A stretch of DNA of 64,000 nucleotides from Sphingomonadales bacterium 28-55-16 (GTDB taxonomy: Bacteria; Pseudomonadota; Alphaproteobacteria; Sphingomonadales; Sphingomonadaceae), in assembly GCA_002278855.1 (NCBI GenBank), contig NCGG01000015.1, forward strand, positions 31,685 to 95,684. The letters are read 5' to 3'. The notes beneath the pieces are model-generated. The model was given only the letters and a program-made list of their open reading frames with translations, did no database searches and was not told the DNA's origin. Positions 29,422 to 37,160 of the stretch are shown piece by piece. How positions within the stretch are numbered: the first letter of the stretch is position 1; the number at the start of each line of letters is the position of its first letter. The position numbers were made by a program, and so were the translations under genes.

Positions 29422-29970
29422 TTAATTTTTGCGCTGCGGCACGCTAAAGCTACCGGTAATTCTGCCGCCTGAATTTGTCGTACCAGGCGCACCACCGCCG
29501 TTTATTGTCGACCGGCCCGAGTTAAGGTCAATCACTAGTCTCGCGCCAGCGAGGCGGTTGCTGCCTTGGACTAGGTTCACATTGCCGATCAGCGTGATTA
29601 AACTTGAGTCGAGGTCATAAATGGCTGAGCTGCTCGTTGCACGCAGGTCATCTTTGGTGACCGTGACACCGCCGGTTGCGTCGAGCCGGTTCACATCAAC
29701 CCCGCCATTGCTTGAATATGCGGCCGTGACCCGATTGGCTTTTAGCGTAAGCCCCGCTTGTGTCGCCGTTACGCCGCCGGACAATACAACGCGGTCCGCG
29801 CGGTCTTGCAACTCCATGGACGCCGCGGAAAAATCCACAGGCGCGTTGCTGTTGTGGTTACGGATGCTTTGGGCAGTTGATGCCGAAGACAATATTGCCA
29901 CGCCGACCATCGCCGCGCAGGCACCAAAAGAGAGAGAACGGATAGTCATGAGCGGCTTACTTAATCGCAT
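29422..29970 (-). CDS. lptA: LptA/OstA periplasmic bridge protein
   Basis: Signal peptide, HNSNAPVDFSA, LSGGVTATQ, GNVNLVQG, GARLVIDL; start 29970 or 29949. Confidence 0.88.
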   Translation of the reverse strand: MRLSKPLMTIRSLSFGACAAMVGVAILSSASTAQSIRNHNSNAPVDFSAASMELQDRADRVVLSGGVTATQAGLTLKANRVTAAYSSNGGVDVNRLDATGGVTVTKDDLRATSSSAIYDLDSSLITLIGNVNLVQGSNRLAGARLVIDLNSGRSTINGGGAPGTTNSGGRITGSFSVPQRKN

Positions 29971-30592
29971 TCTGGTCGATACGCAAACGAACCCCGCCGT
30001 CCAAACGCACAATGCGGGTGTCAAGATCGGCACGCAGACGTCCAGCATGGAACGTTCCGACCTTTGTTCGGCCGCTGACGGGACCAAAGCTTTGCATCGA
30101 ACGGTCTTTCAACGACAGCACGACGTTGCTGGCGACCATGTCATATCCAGCCGAGTCGACAGCCAAAGGTCCCTTTACGCGCATGGTTTCTTTATTGAGG
30201 TCGTAGACCCCACGCTGCGCGATGATCGAGGCTGGACCATCGCTTAGCGTGATCCTGCCAGACAAAGATGTCATGTCCAGCACTGGTTCAGCTGAAGTTT
30301 TCTGCACGGCGCTGCCAGCACGTAATGAAAATGGGCGTCCCTTGCTGTCATCGCCGCGGTATAATGCCTCGACCACACGCAGCCGTTCGCGGGAAAGGTC
30401 AACTTCATCTTTGTTCAGTACGAAGCTGAGTTCTTGCTTGCCGGTAAAAGGGCTGAACGCAAGCAATGCGACCAGCAAACCTATGATGCTTGGCAGGACA
30501 ACGCGCAACGTCCGGATCAAACGATCATGCTGCCCGCCGGGCAGCGCCCAGCGTTGTCTTTGTGTGCGTTCGAGATCGGCTTGTGCGGACAT
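29957..30592 (-). CDS. lptC: LptC
   Basis: Single TM followed by YRGDDSKGRPFSLRA and a beta-jellyroll-like C-terminus; position before lptA-lptB. Confidence 0.82.
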   Translation of the reverse strand: MSAQADLERTQRQRWALPGGQHDRLIRTLRVVLPSIIGLLVALLAFSPFTGKQELSFVLNKDEVDLSRERLRVVEALYRGDDSKGRPFSLRAGSAVQKTSAEPVLDMTSLSGRITLSDGPASIIAQRGVYDLNKETMRVKGPLAVDSAGYDMVASNVVLSLKDRSMQSFGPVSGRTKVGTFHAGRLRADLDTRIVRLDGGVRLRIDQNAIK

Positions 30593-30617
30593 TATAGATG
30601 CCTAACCAGATCGAACC

Positions 30618-31235
30618 TTAACTGTGCCCGAATATGTCGATTTCTGGCCAACCCGCAAGATCAAGGTCTGCGCGGTACGGCAGGAAATCAAAACATGCTT
30701 GGGCCAATTGGGTGCGGCCTTCACGTTCAAGGCGAATGACAAATTCGTTATGCAAGCGGTGCAGATAGCGCACATCGCTTGCGGCATAATCCTTTTGCGC
30801 TTCGGAAAGCACTGGGCCGCCCCAGTCGCTGGACTGCTGCTGCTTAGAGATATCGGTCCCCAGCATTTCTTTGACCAATTCCTTCAGGCCGTGGCGGTCG
30901 GTGTAGGTGCGGGTCAGGCGCGAGGCGATTTTGGTGCAGAACAACGGCGTCGCGACCACATGCAAATAATGCGAAATCGCGGCCAGATCGAATCGGGCAT
31001 AATGGAACAGTTTCACGCGTGCCGGGTCGGCAAGAACGGCGCGTAAATTGGGCGCGCTATAGTCACTGTCGCGCCCGAAACGGACAAGATGTTCATCGCC
31101 GCGGCCATCGGAAATCTGCAACAGGCACAGCCGGTCACGCGCGGTGATCAAGCCCATTGTTTCGGTGTCGACTGCGACTGGACCTTCGGCCAAAACGCCT
31201 GCGGGCAAGTCTTCTTCATGCAAATATACGCTCAT
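30618..31235 (-). CDS. rnd: Ribonuclease D-like 3'-5' exonuclease
   Basis: AVDTETMGL, RDRLCLLQ, FHYARFD, CTKIASRL, YAASDV (DEDDy); real start MSVYLHEEDL. Confidence 0.93.
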   Translation of the reverse strand: MSVYLHEEDLPAGVLAEGPVAVDTETMGLITARDRLCLLQISDGRGDEHLVRFGRDSDYSAPNLRAVLADPARVKLFHYARFDLAAISHYLHVVATPLFCTKIASRLTRTYTDRHGLKELVKEMLGTDISKQQQSSDWGGPVLSEAQKDYAASDVRYLHRLHNEFVIRLEREGRTQLAQACFDFLPYRADLDLAGWPEIDIFGHS

Positions 31236-31450
31236 GCATGCCCCTTGCCCGACAGCGCTGCCCAAGGCAAATGAAAGTACAGCGATGACACCGCGATTTT
31301 CAGCCACAATATTTGCTATCGCGTAACCTTTTAATACGATATAGATTATTCTTGCGTAATCAAAAACGGTTGCGCTTGTGACGTGCAGTACAGTCGCCCT
31401 CGACTGCATAACATAGTGGTACAGGGCGGTGAGAAGGCAAGTAAGAAGTT

Positions 31451-32254
31451 ATGGGTTTTGATCGCAAGCGTGCTGGCAAGGGCCGGGACAAAAGAGACGG
31501 TTTTGGTGATGAGAGCTACGACGGTTATCGTGCACCATCCCCCTATCAAAGTGATTTTGGTGGCGGCCGTTCAGGCGGCGGCGGGTATGGCGGCGGCGGT
31601 AACAGCGGCGGCAGTGGCGGCGGCGGAGGCTTTGGAGCCCCGCGTCGTGGTCCCGGTGGTCCCCCAATGCCTGCGCAAGTTATCGGTTCCGGCAAGGGAA
31701 TCGTCAAATTTTTCAATGGCCAAAAGGGTTTTGGCTTCATTCAGGTAGACGGCCGTCCAGACGACGTCTTCGTACATATCAGCGCTGTCGAGCAGGCTGG
31801 ACTAACCGGTCTTGCCGAAGGCCAACCGCTTGAATTCCAATTGGTGGAACGTGGCGGCAAAGTGTCAGCAACCGATCTCGTCATCGACGGCGAGCCAATG
31901 GCCGTTGCCGAGCGGGCTCCGCGTCCTGACCGTCCAGCATTTGATCGTGATCGTGCACCGCGCGGTGATGATCGGGGTGGATTCCGTGGCGGAGACCGTG
32001 ATTCGGCTCCACGTGGACCGCAGCGCGAATCGACTGGCGAACGTGCCAATGGAACTGTGAAATTCTTCAACGACATGAAGGGTTTTGGTTTTGTGCAGCG
32101 TGATGATGGCGGCGAAGATGTGTTCGTGCACATCTCTGCGCTTGAGCGTTCGGGCATGGGTCAAGTGACACAGGGCGACCGTCTTGCGTTCGATATCGAA
32201 ATCGATCGTCGTGGCAAATATTCAGCAACGAACCTGAGCACGCTTTCCGAATAA
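31451..32254 (+). CDS. Cold-shock protein with two CSDs and Gly/Arg-rich disordered regions
   Basis: Two KFFN..KGFGF / DVFVHISA (RNP1/RNP2) copies, Gly-rich N-terminus, RGG-like linker. Confidence 0.93.
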   Translation: MGFDRKRAGKGRDKRDGFGDESYDGYRAPSPYQSDFGGGRSGGGGYGGGGNSGGSGGGGGFGAPRRGPGGPPMPAQVIGSGKGIVKFFNGQKGFGFIQVDGRPDDVFVHISAVEQAGLTGLAEGQPLEFQLVERGGKVSATDLVIDGEPMAVAERAPRPDRPAFDRDRAPRGDDRGGFRGGDRDSAPRGPQRESTGERANGTVKFFNDMKGFGFVQRDDGGEDVFVHISALERSGMGQVTQGDRLAFDIEIDRRGKYSATNLSTLSE

Positions 32255-32271
32255 GCGCGTTTTAGACATTC

Positions 32272-32311
32272 AAAAAGGCGGGTGAAGCATTACGCTTCGC
32301 CCGCCTTTTTT
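32272..32311. terminator. Bidirectional intrinsic terminator between csp and dps
   Basis: AAAAAGGCGGGTGAAGC-ATTAC-GCTTCGCCCGCCTTTTTT. Confidence 0.85.
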
Positions 32312-32322
32312 GTATCCAGTGT

Positions 32323-32787
32323 TTATACGTTGCCGATTGTCGCTGCCAAGAACCAAGCGCGTTGCTCGGCTTGGTCGGTCCAGTCGTCCAGCAGACCGTC
32401 GGTCGCATTGTCGCCCGCTTTGTCCGCCAGGTCCTTTGCGTCCTTCAATGCCGTAATCAGCGTCTCGTTGTCTGCATGCAACTCCTTCAGCATGCTTGCA
32501 GCGTCCGTGGACGTTGAATCCTGATCCTTGATCCGCTGCTTGGATGCAATCGAACCAATCGAAGTCAGCGTGTCCTGGCCCAGTTTGCGGACGCGCTCTG
32601 CGACGAAATCAGTGGTCGCAATCAATTCCGTTGCCTGTTCGTCAAACAGCAAATGATATTCGCGAAAATGAGGGCCGGTTACGTGCCAATGGAAATTCTT
32701 CGTCTTCAAATATAGCGCGTAATAATCGGCCAGAAGGCCGTTTAACGCGTCGGCCAATGCCTTTTTGCTATTGTCACCAGCTGCCAT
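32323..32787 (-). CDS. dps: Dps/ferritin-like DNA protection protein
   Basis: LYLKTKNFHWHVTGPHFREYHLLFDEQ, AERVR. Confidence 0.95.
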   Translation of the reverse strand: MAAGDNSKKALADALNGLLADYYALYLKTKNFHWHVTGPHFREYHLLFDEQATELIATTDFVAERVRKLGQDTLTSIGSIASKQRIKDQDSTSTDAASMLKELHADNETLITALKDAKDLADKAGDNATDGLLDDWTDQAEQRAWFLAATIGNV

Positions 32788-32888
32788 GAAATCATTCCTT
32801 TTTGCGGGGGGAAGTGCATATATGGGAACGAAAGGGCGATTTTCAAATCTGCTGGCCTCAGTGCAGGCATTTAGCCCACGCTATGGAC

Positions 32889-33437
32889 TTAAGTTGCAAG
32901 CACGAAGCCCCAGATCAGCAACAGCCCGCCCGAGAGCCACCGGATGGGCTTTAGAGGCACCGCACGCGCCAGCCTGTCGCGAAGGATCACTGCTGGAACG
33001 GACGCGGCCATGATGCCGACAAACCCGCCAACCGCGGCCATTTCCCAAAATGGTGCGCGCGCGCTTTGGGCGGCGATGATGAACTGGCTCTTGTCAGCAA
33101 ACTCCAATATGAACAGCCCTAGAAATGCAGTCAAAAACGCGGGCGTTTTCCATGACAATAGCGGGTCGACATTGCGGCGCCAAAACAACATAGCTGCGCC
33201 AGCGAGCATATAAGATAATCCAGCAAACAACTGCACGGACCGATCGCTGATCCAACTGTCGATAACCGACCCAAATATTGCTGAAAGCGCACAATTCAGC
33301 AATGTCGCACATGCCAGACCGGCAATGATGGCATAATTTTTGTGGTAGCGCAGTGCCAACACGGCGACGAGGATTTGGGTTCTATCACCCATTTCGGAGA
33401 GAAAAACGGATAAGAAAGTTGTGAATGCTGCGTCCAT
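32889..33437 (-). CDS. TMEM165/GDT1 (UPF0016) Mn/Ca transporter
   Basis: SEMGDRTQ and EFADKSQ signature motifs. Confidence 0.92.
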   Translation of the reverse strand: MDAAFTTFLSVFLSEMGDRTQILVAVLALRYHKNYAIIAGLACATLLNCALSAIFGSVIDSWISDRSVQLFAGLSYMLAGAAMLFWRRNVDPLLSWKTPAFLTAFLGLFILEFADKSQFIIAAQSARAPFWEMAAVGGFVGIMAASVPAVILRDRLARAVPLKPIRWLSGGLLLIWGFVLAT

Positions 33438-33704
33438 AGGCGCTGCCCTAGCACATCAAGCTGGAAATGCGATTATTGCTGCAGCGGTAACGCTGTGCGA
33501 ATCAGCAGCTGGCGCCAATGATCAAATTCTATGCCAACCGCGCCACGCCCCAACTCCGTTTCGCGCTGGCGCGGACATAGTTCATGAATTGGAAAAGCGG
33601 GTAATGCAGCGACGAATCGGCGCGAATTCAGAGCCTCCACCGCGCGCGACGCCATCGATGGTCGAATATTGGTACGGTTGGGCGGGGTATTCCCGCTTAT
33701 GTGC

Positions 33705-33733
33705 TTGACTTTCCGCCTGCGAATCCGCATTGG
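33705..33733 (+). promoter_or_regulatory. Putative sigma70 promoter of rpmG
   Basis: TTGACT-N17-CATTGG. Confidence 0.55.
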
Positions 33734-33806
33734 CCCGCCTCTGTGAACAGCGCGGCTTTTTAACTGCGCAGTTTTTTGCGATATTTTTTGTACAAAGGAA
33801 TGGGCC

Positions 33807-33974
33807 ATGGCGAAGCCAGCCACGATTAAGATCAAGCTGCTCAGCACCGCTGAAACGGGCTTCTTCTACGTGACCAAGAAAAACCCGCGCAACATCACTG
33901 AAAAGATGACGTTCCGCAAATATGATCCCGTCGTGCGCAAGCATGTCGAGTTCAAGGAAGCCAAAATCAAGTAA
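33807..33974 (+). CDS. rpmG: 50S ribosomal protein L33
   Basis: Manual translation [55 protein letters not shown] (55 aa); not in the ORF track. Confidence 0.97.
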   Translation: MAKPATIKIKLLSTAETGFFYVTKKNPRNITEKMTFRKYDPVVRKHVEFKEAKIK

Positions 33975-34005
33975 GCCCATGCGCTGCTTGAAAGCTTAAT
34001 CGATC

Positions 34006-34029
34006 AGGGCGCTTCGGGCGCCCTTTTTG
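34006..34029 (+). terminator. Intrinsic terminator after rpmG
   Basis: AGGGCGCT-TCG-GGCGCCCT followed by TTTT. Confidence 0.75.
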
Positions 34030-34063
34030 ATTCATGGAGGGGTCGCCCCGCAGATCCTTATGG

Positions 34064-34429
34064 TCACCCAATAATTCCGCGCACAGCCTCCAAAAACGCC
34101 ATCACGGACATGGGCTTGGACAGATATGCTTTGGCGCCGGCAGCCATGATTCGCGCGTCATCGCCTTTGCAGGTATAAGCGGTGATCGCCAAAACGGGGA
34201 TAGGCGATAGCTTTGCATTCTTTTGCATAGCTTCAATCAAGCTAATGCCGCTGACATTTGGAAGTTGGATGTCGATAACGACAAGGTCGGGCATGAATGT
34301 CTCGGCTTGCTTCAGCGCAAGGCGCCCGTCGCGCACCTCTTCGACGATAAACTGATGTGCGCGCAAAAGGTCGGTGAACAGCATGAGGTTGAGTGCATTG
34401 GCCTCAACAATCATCACCTTTTTACCCAT
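34064..34429 (-). CDS. Single-domain response regulator, DivK-like
   Basis: KVMIVEANALNLMLFTDLL, PDLVVIDIQLP (phospho-Asp), ITAY, YLSKP; rpmG/DUF3572 context as for divK. Confidence 0.85.
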   Translation of the reverse strand: MGKKVMIVEANALNLMLFTDLLRAHQFIVEEVRDGRLALKQAETFMPDLVVIDIQLPNVSGISLIEAMQKNAKLSPIPVLAITAYTCKGDDARIMAAGAKAYLSKPMSVMAFLEAVRGIIG

Positions 34430-34481
34430 GGCCGCATTTTCCCGCTTTGCGTTCGCGAAGTCCATGGCTTAAGCGAAAGCC

Positions 34482-34751
34482 ATGCATGAAACAAACAGCA
34501 AGTTAGACGCATCGGGTATGGCGTTCCAAGCATTGGCATGGGCGTTGACAGAAGAATCGCGGGCAGAACGACTCTTGTCACTCACTGGCCTGACCCCCGA
34601 TGGGTTACGCGGCAGCGTCATGGAGCGCAGCACACAGGCTGCGATCCTGTCGTTTTTGGAGGCTTATGAGCCCGACCTGATTGCGTGCGCGGCGGTTATT
34701 GGTGTTTCGCCTGCGACATTGGTGCAGGCACGGCAGGAGTTGGAAGCATGA
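34482..34751 (+). CDS. DUF3572 domain protein
   Basis: ALAWAL...RLLSLTGLTPDGLR...AILSFL...EPDLIACA. Confidence 0.85.
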   Translation: MHETNSKLDASGMAFQALAWALTEESRAERLLSLTGLTPDGLRGSVMERSTQAAILSFLEAYEPDLIACAAVIGVSPATLVQARQELEA

Positions 34752-35392
34752 GCCGGCCATTGTTGATCTCTGACTGCGACGAAGTGCTGCTGCATATGAT
34801 CGTTCCGTTCCGAGATTGGTTGGATGAAGCGCATCATATTCATTTTGATCTCGTCCACGGCGATTGGGGTGAGGCGTTGCGCCATAAGCATGACGGCACC
34901 GTCGTCGAACGCGGTCAAGTGTGGGCGTTGCTTAACGGCTTTTTTGACACTGAAATGCACCGGCAACAGGCGATTGACGGCGCAGTGGCTAGCCTGAACA
35001 GCTTGCGCGCGCATGCGGACGTCGTGATCCTTACCAACCTTCTGGATCACCGCGCAGGGCCGCGCACAGAGCAACTGCGGGCCGTTGGTATCGACGCGCC
35101 CGTATATTGCAATCAAGGTGGTAAGGGTGAGGCGCTTGGGCGGATACTTGACGCGTATAAACCAAGCGTTGCTGTGTTCGTCGATGACCTTGGCCATCAG
35201 CATGAATCGGTCGGCGAACATTATCCCGACGTGTGGCGCCTGCATTTCGTTGGTGAGCCATTGTTGCGGGAACGCGTCAATCCATCGAAGGCGGCGCACG
35301 CAAGGCTCGACCGATGGGCGGATGCGGAAGTTTGGATCAGGGATAAGCTGGTGGCAAACATGCCAGCGCCCACATTGGAAAAGGTAGCATGA
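34748..35392 (+). CDS. HAD-family hydrolase
   Basis: ISDCDEVLLH, ILTN, NQGGKG, FVDDL; ATGA-coupled to DUF3572. Confidence 0.8.
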   Translation: MSRPLLISDCDEVLLHMIVPFRDWLDEAHHIHFDLVHGDWGEALRHKHDGTVVERGQVWALLNGFFDTEMHRQQAIDGAVASLNSLRAHADVVILTNLLDHRAGPRTEQLRAVGIDAPVYCNQGGKGEALGRILDAYKPSVAVFVDDLGHQHESVGEHYPDVWRLHFVGEPLLRERVNPSKAAHARLDRWADAEVWIRDKLVANMPAPTLEKVA

Positions 35393-35853
35393 TGATTGAA
35401 GCAAAACTGGCTGAACTGGGCATCACATTGCCTGAACCTGCGGCGCCTGTCGCATCCTATGTGCCTGCCGTGGAAGCAAACGGCATGCTGTTCATTTCTG
35501 GCCAATTGCCCTTTGTTGACGGCAAGGTTTTAACGGGCCGTGTCGGCGACACCTGCACGCTTGAGGATGCTAAGGCGGCAGCCAAAGCGTGCGGAATCAT
35601 GCTGATAGCGCAGATGAAGGCCGCGTTGGGCGGCGATCTTGATCGTGTTGAACGGATCGTCAAGCTGGGCGTGTTCATCGCATCCGAACCAGACTTCACC
35701 GATCAGCCCGAAGCGGCCAATGGCGCATCCGATCTGATGGAAGCCGTGTTTGGCGATGCGGGCAAACATGCACGTGCCGCTGTGTCCGTGCCCGTGCTGC
35801 CCCGCAACGCAATTGTCGAAATCGACTGTGTTGTGCAGGTGCATGCTGCTTAA
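35389..35853 (+). CDS. RidA/YjgF family protein
   Basis: APVASYVPA, ISGQLP, ANGASDL, HARAAV, VEID. Confidence 0.92.
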   Translation: MMIEAKLAELGITLPEPAAPVASYVPAVEANGMLFISGQLPFVDGKVLTGRVGDTCTLEDAKAAAKACGIMLIAQMKAALGGDLDRVERIVKLGVFIASEPDFTDQPEAANGASDLMEAVFGDAGKHARAAVSVPVLPRNAIVEIDCVVQVHAA

Positions 35854-35868
35854 TGGCCTTTTGCTTTT

Positions 35869-35949
35869 CCGTTACTGTCGAGCGTAGTCGAGACAGCGGA
35901 GGCGCGAGCATATCTTCCAGGCATTTCGACTGCGCGCGATGCGAACAGG
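35869..35949. repeat. Degenerate inverted REP pair (REPIN-like)
   Basis: CCGTTACTGTCGAGCGTAGTCGAGACAG ... GCATTTCGACTGCGCGCGATGCGAACAGG; the second arm is an imperfect reverse complement of the first. Confidence 0.55.
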
Positions 35950-35961
35950 CAGGGCGTTCAG

Positions 35962-37092
35962 ATGCCTGATGTCACCGCCGAACTTCTAACCAAGGTCAGC
36001 GACATATCCGCTGACCACTGGGATGCGCTGAACCCGCGCGGCAATCCCTTTGTCAGTCATGCATTTTTGTCGGCACTTGAACAATCGGGCAGTGTTGGTC
36101 CAGGAACTGGCTGGTCGCCATCTCCTGTCATCATGCGCGATACAGATAGCGTTCCCGCAGCCGCGCTTCCCGCCTATCTGAAATCGCATAGCCAAGGCGA
36201 ATATGTGTTCGACCATCATTGGGCTGACGCATTTCATCGGGCCGGTGGGCAATATTATCCCAAGCTGCAAATCGCCGCGCCCTTTTCACCGGTGCCGGGA
36301 CCACGTCTGCTGCTGCGGGACAAGGGAATGGCGTTGCCGATATTGCGGGCCGCCGAAGCCGTGGTTGACCAGAATGGCCTATCGTCCGCGCATGCGACCT
36401 TTATCGAGGAAACCGAGTTGGAGCTATTTCGCGCAGCTGGCTGGCTGACGCGCGTGGGCACCCAATTTCATTGGCAGAACCGTGATTATGCCGATTTCGA
36501 GAGTTTTCTGGGGGCATTGTCGTCGCGCAAGCGCAAGGCGATCCGAAAAGAACGTGCCGGTGCACAGGCGGCCGTCCGCATACAACAGATTGCCGGCGCG
36601 GATATAACGCCTGAACATTGGGAGGCGTTCTGGATTTTTTATCAAGATACCGGCGCGCGCAAATGGGGAACGCCTTATCTGACGCGCGCATTTTTCGACA
36701 TTATTGGCGACAGCATGCGCGACAGCATTGTCTTGTTCTTGGCCTATGATCAGGACTGCGCGATTGCAGGCGCGTTGAATTTTGTCGGGCCCGATTGTCT
36801 CTATGGCCGCTATTGGGGTTGCACCCGCGACGTGCCATTTCTGCATTTCGAACTCTGCTATTATCAGGCGATTGATTATGCTATCGAACATGGCCTCGCC
36901 CGCGTTGAAGCAGGTGCGCAAGGTGAACATAAATTGGCGCGCGGATATGAGGCTGTGCCGACCTACTCCGCGCATTATATTGCCAATGAAGGCTTTCGGG
37001 CGGCCGTGGCCGACTTTCTGGAGCGCGAAACGCAGGCTATGGAACGCGAGATTGGATTTTTGGGCGAAATGGCCCCGTTTAAGAAGGGCTGA
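35962..37092 (+). CDS. GNAT/FemAB-like protein (COG3146/DUF482 type)
   Basis: YLKSHSQGEYVFDHHWA, YYPKLQ, LYGRYWG, FELCYYQAI, EAGAQGEHKLARG. Confidence 0.9.
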   Translation: MPDVTAELLTKVSDISADHWDALNPRGNPFVSHAFLSALEQSGSVGPGTGWSPSPVIMRDTDSVPAAALPAYLKSHSQGEYVFDHHWADAFHRAGGQYYPKLQIAAPFSPVPGPRLLLRDKGMALPILRAAEAVVDQNGLSSAHATFIEETELELFRAAGWLTRVGTQFHWQNRDYADFESFLGALSSRKRKAIRKERAGAQAAVRIQQIAGADITPEHWEAFWIFYQDTGARKWGTPYLTRAFFDIIGDSMRDSIVLFLAYDQDCAIAGALNFVGPDCLYGRYWGCTRDVPFLHFELCYYQAIDYAIEHGLARVEAGAQGEHKLARGYEAVPTYSAHYIANEGFRAAVADFLERETQAMEREIGFLGEMAPFKKG

Positions 37093-37122
37093 GGCCTGTC
37101 AAACGGCTCTTGCAATCCTCTA

Positions 37123-37140
37123 TTTAATCGCGCAATTAAA
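37123..37140. promoter_or_regulatory. Palindromic operator (copy 1) upstream of the acyl-CoA dehydrogenase
   Basis: TTTAATCGCGCAATTAAA; same motif recurs at 42365. Confidence 0.6.
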
Positions 37141-37160
37141 TGGCGAGAGAGGAATCATAT

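Noticed and set aside
31560-31670. GGC-rich repeats as a CRISPR/VNTR
   Set aside because: They encode the in-frame Gly-rich region of the cold-shock protein; no spacer-repeat periodicity and no cas genes
33438-33700. yybP-ykoY Mn riboswitch upstream of TMEM165/GDT1
   Set aside because: The conserved GGGGAGUAGC-type core and four-way junction could not be found on the minus strand
37123-37140. CtrA binding site interpretation of the TTAA repeats
   Set aside because: All three copies are TTAA-N8-TTAA within an inverted palindrome, whereas CtrA needs TTAA-N7-TTAA; the genes are catabolic, not cell-cycle
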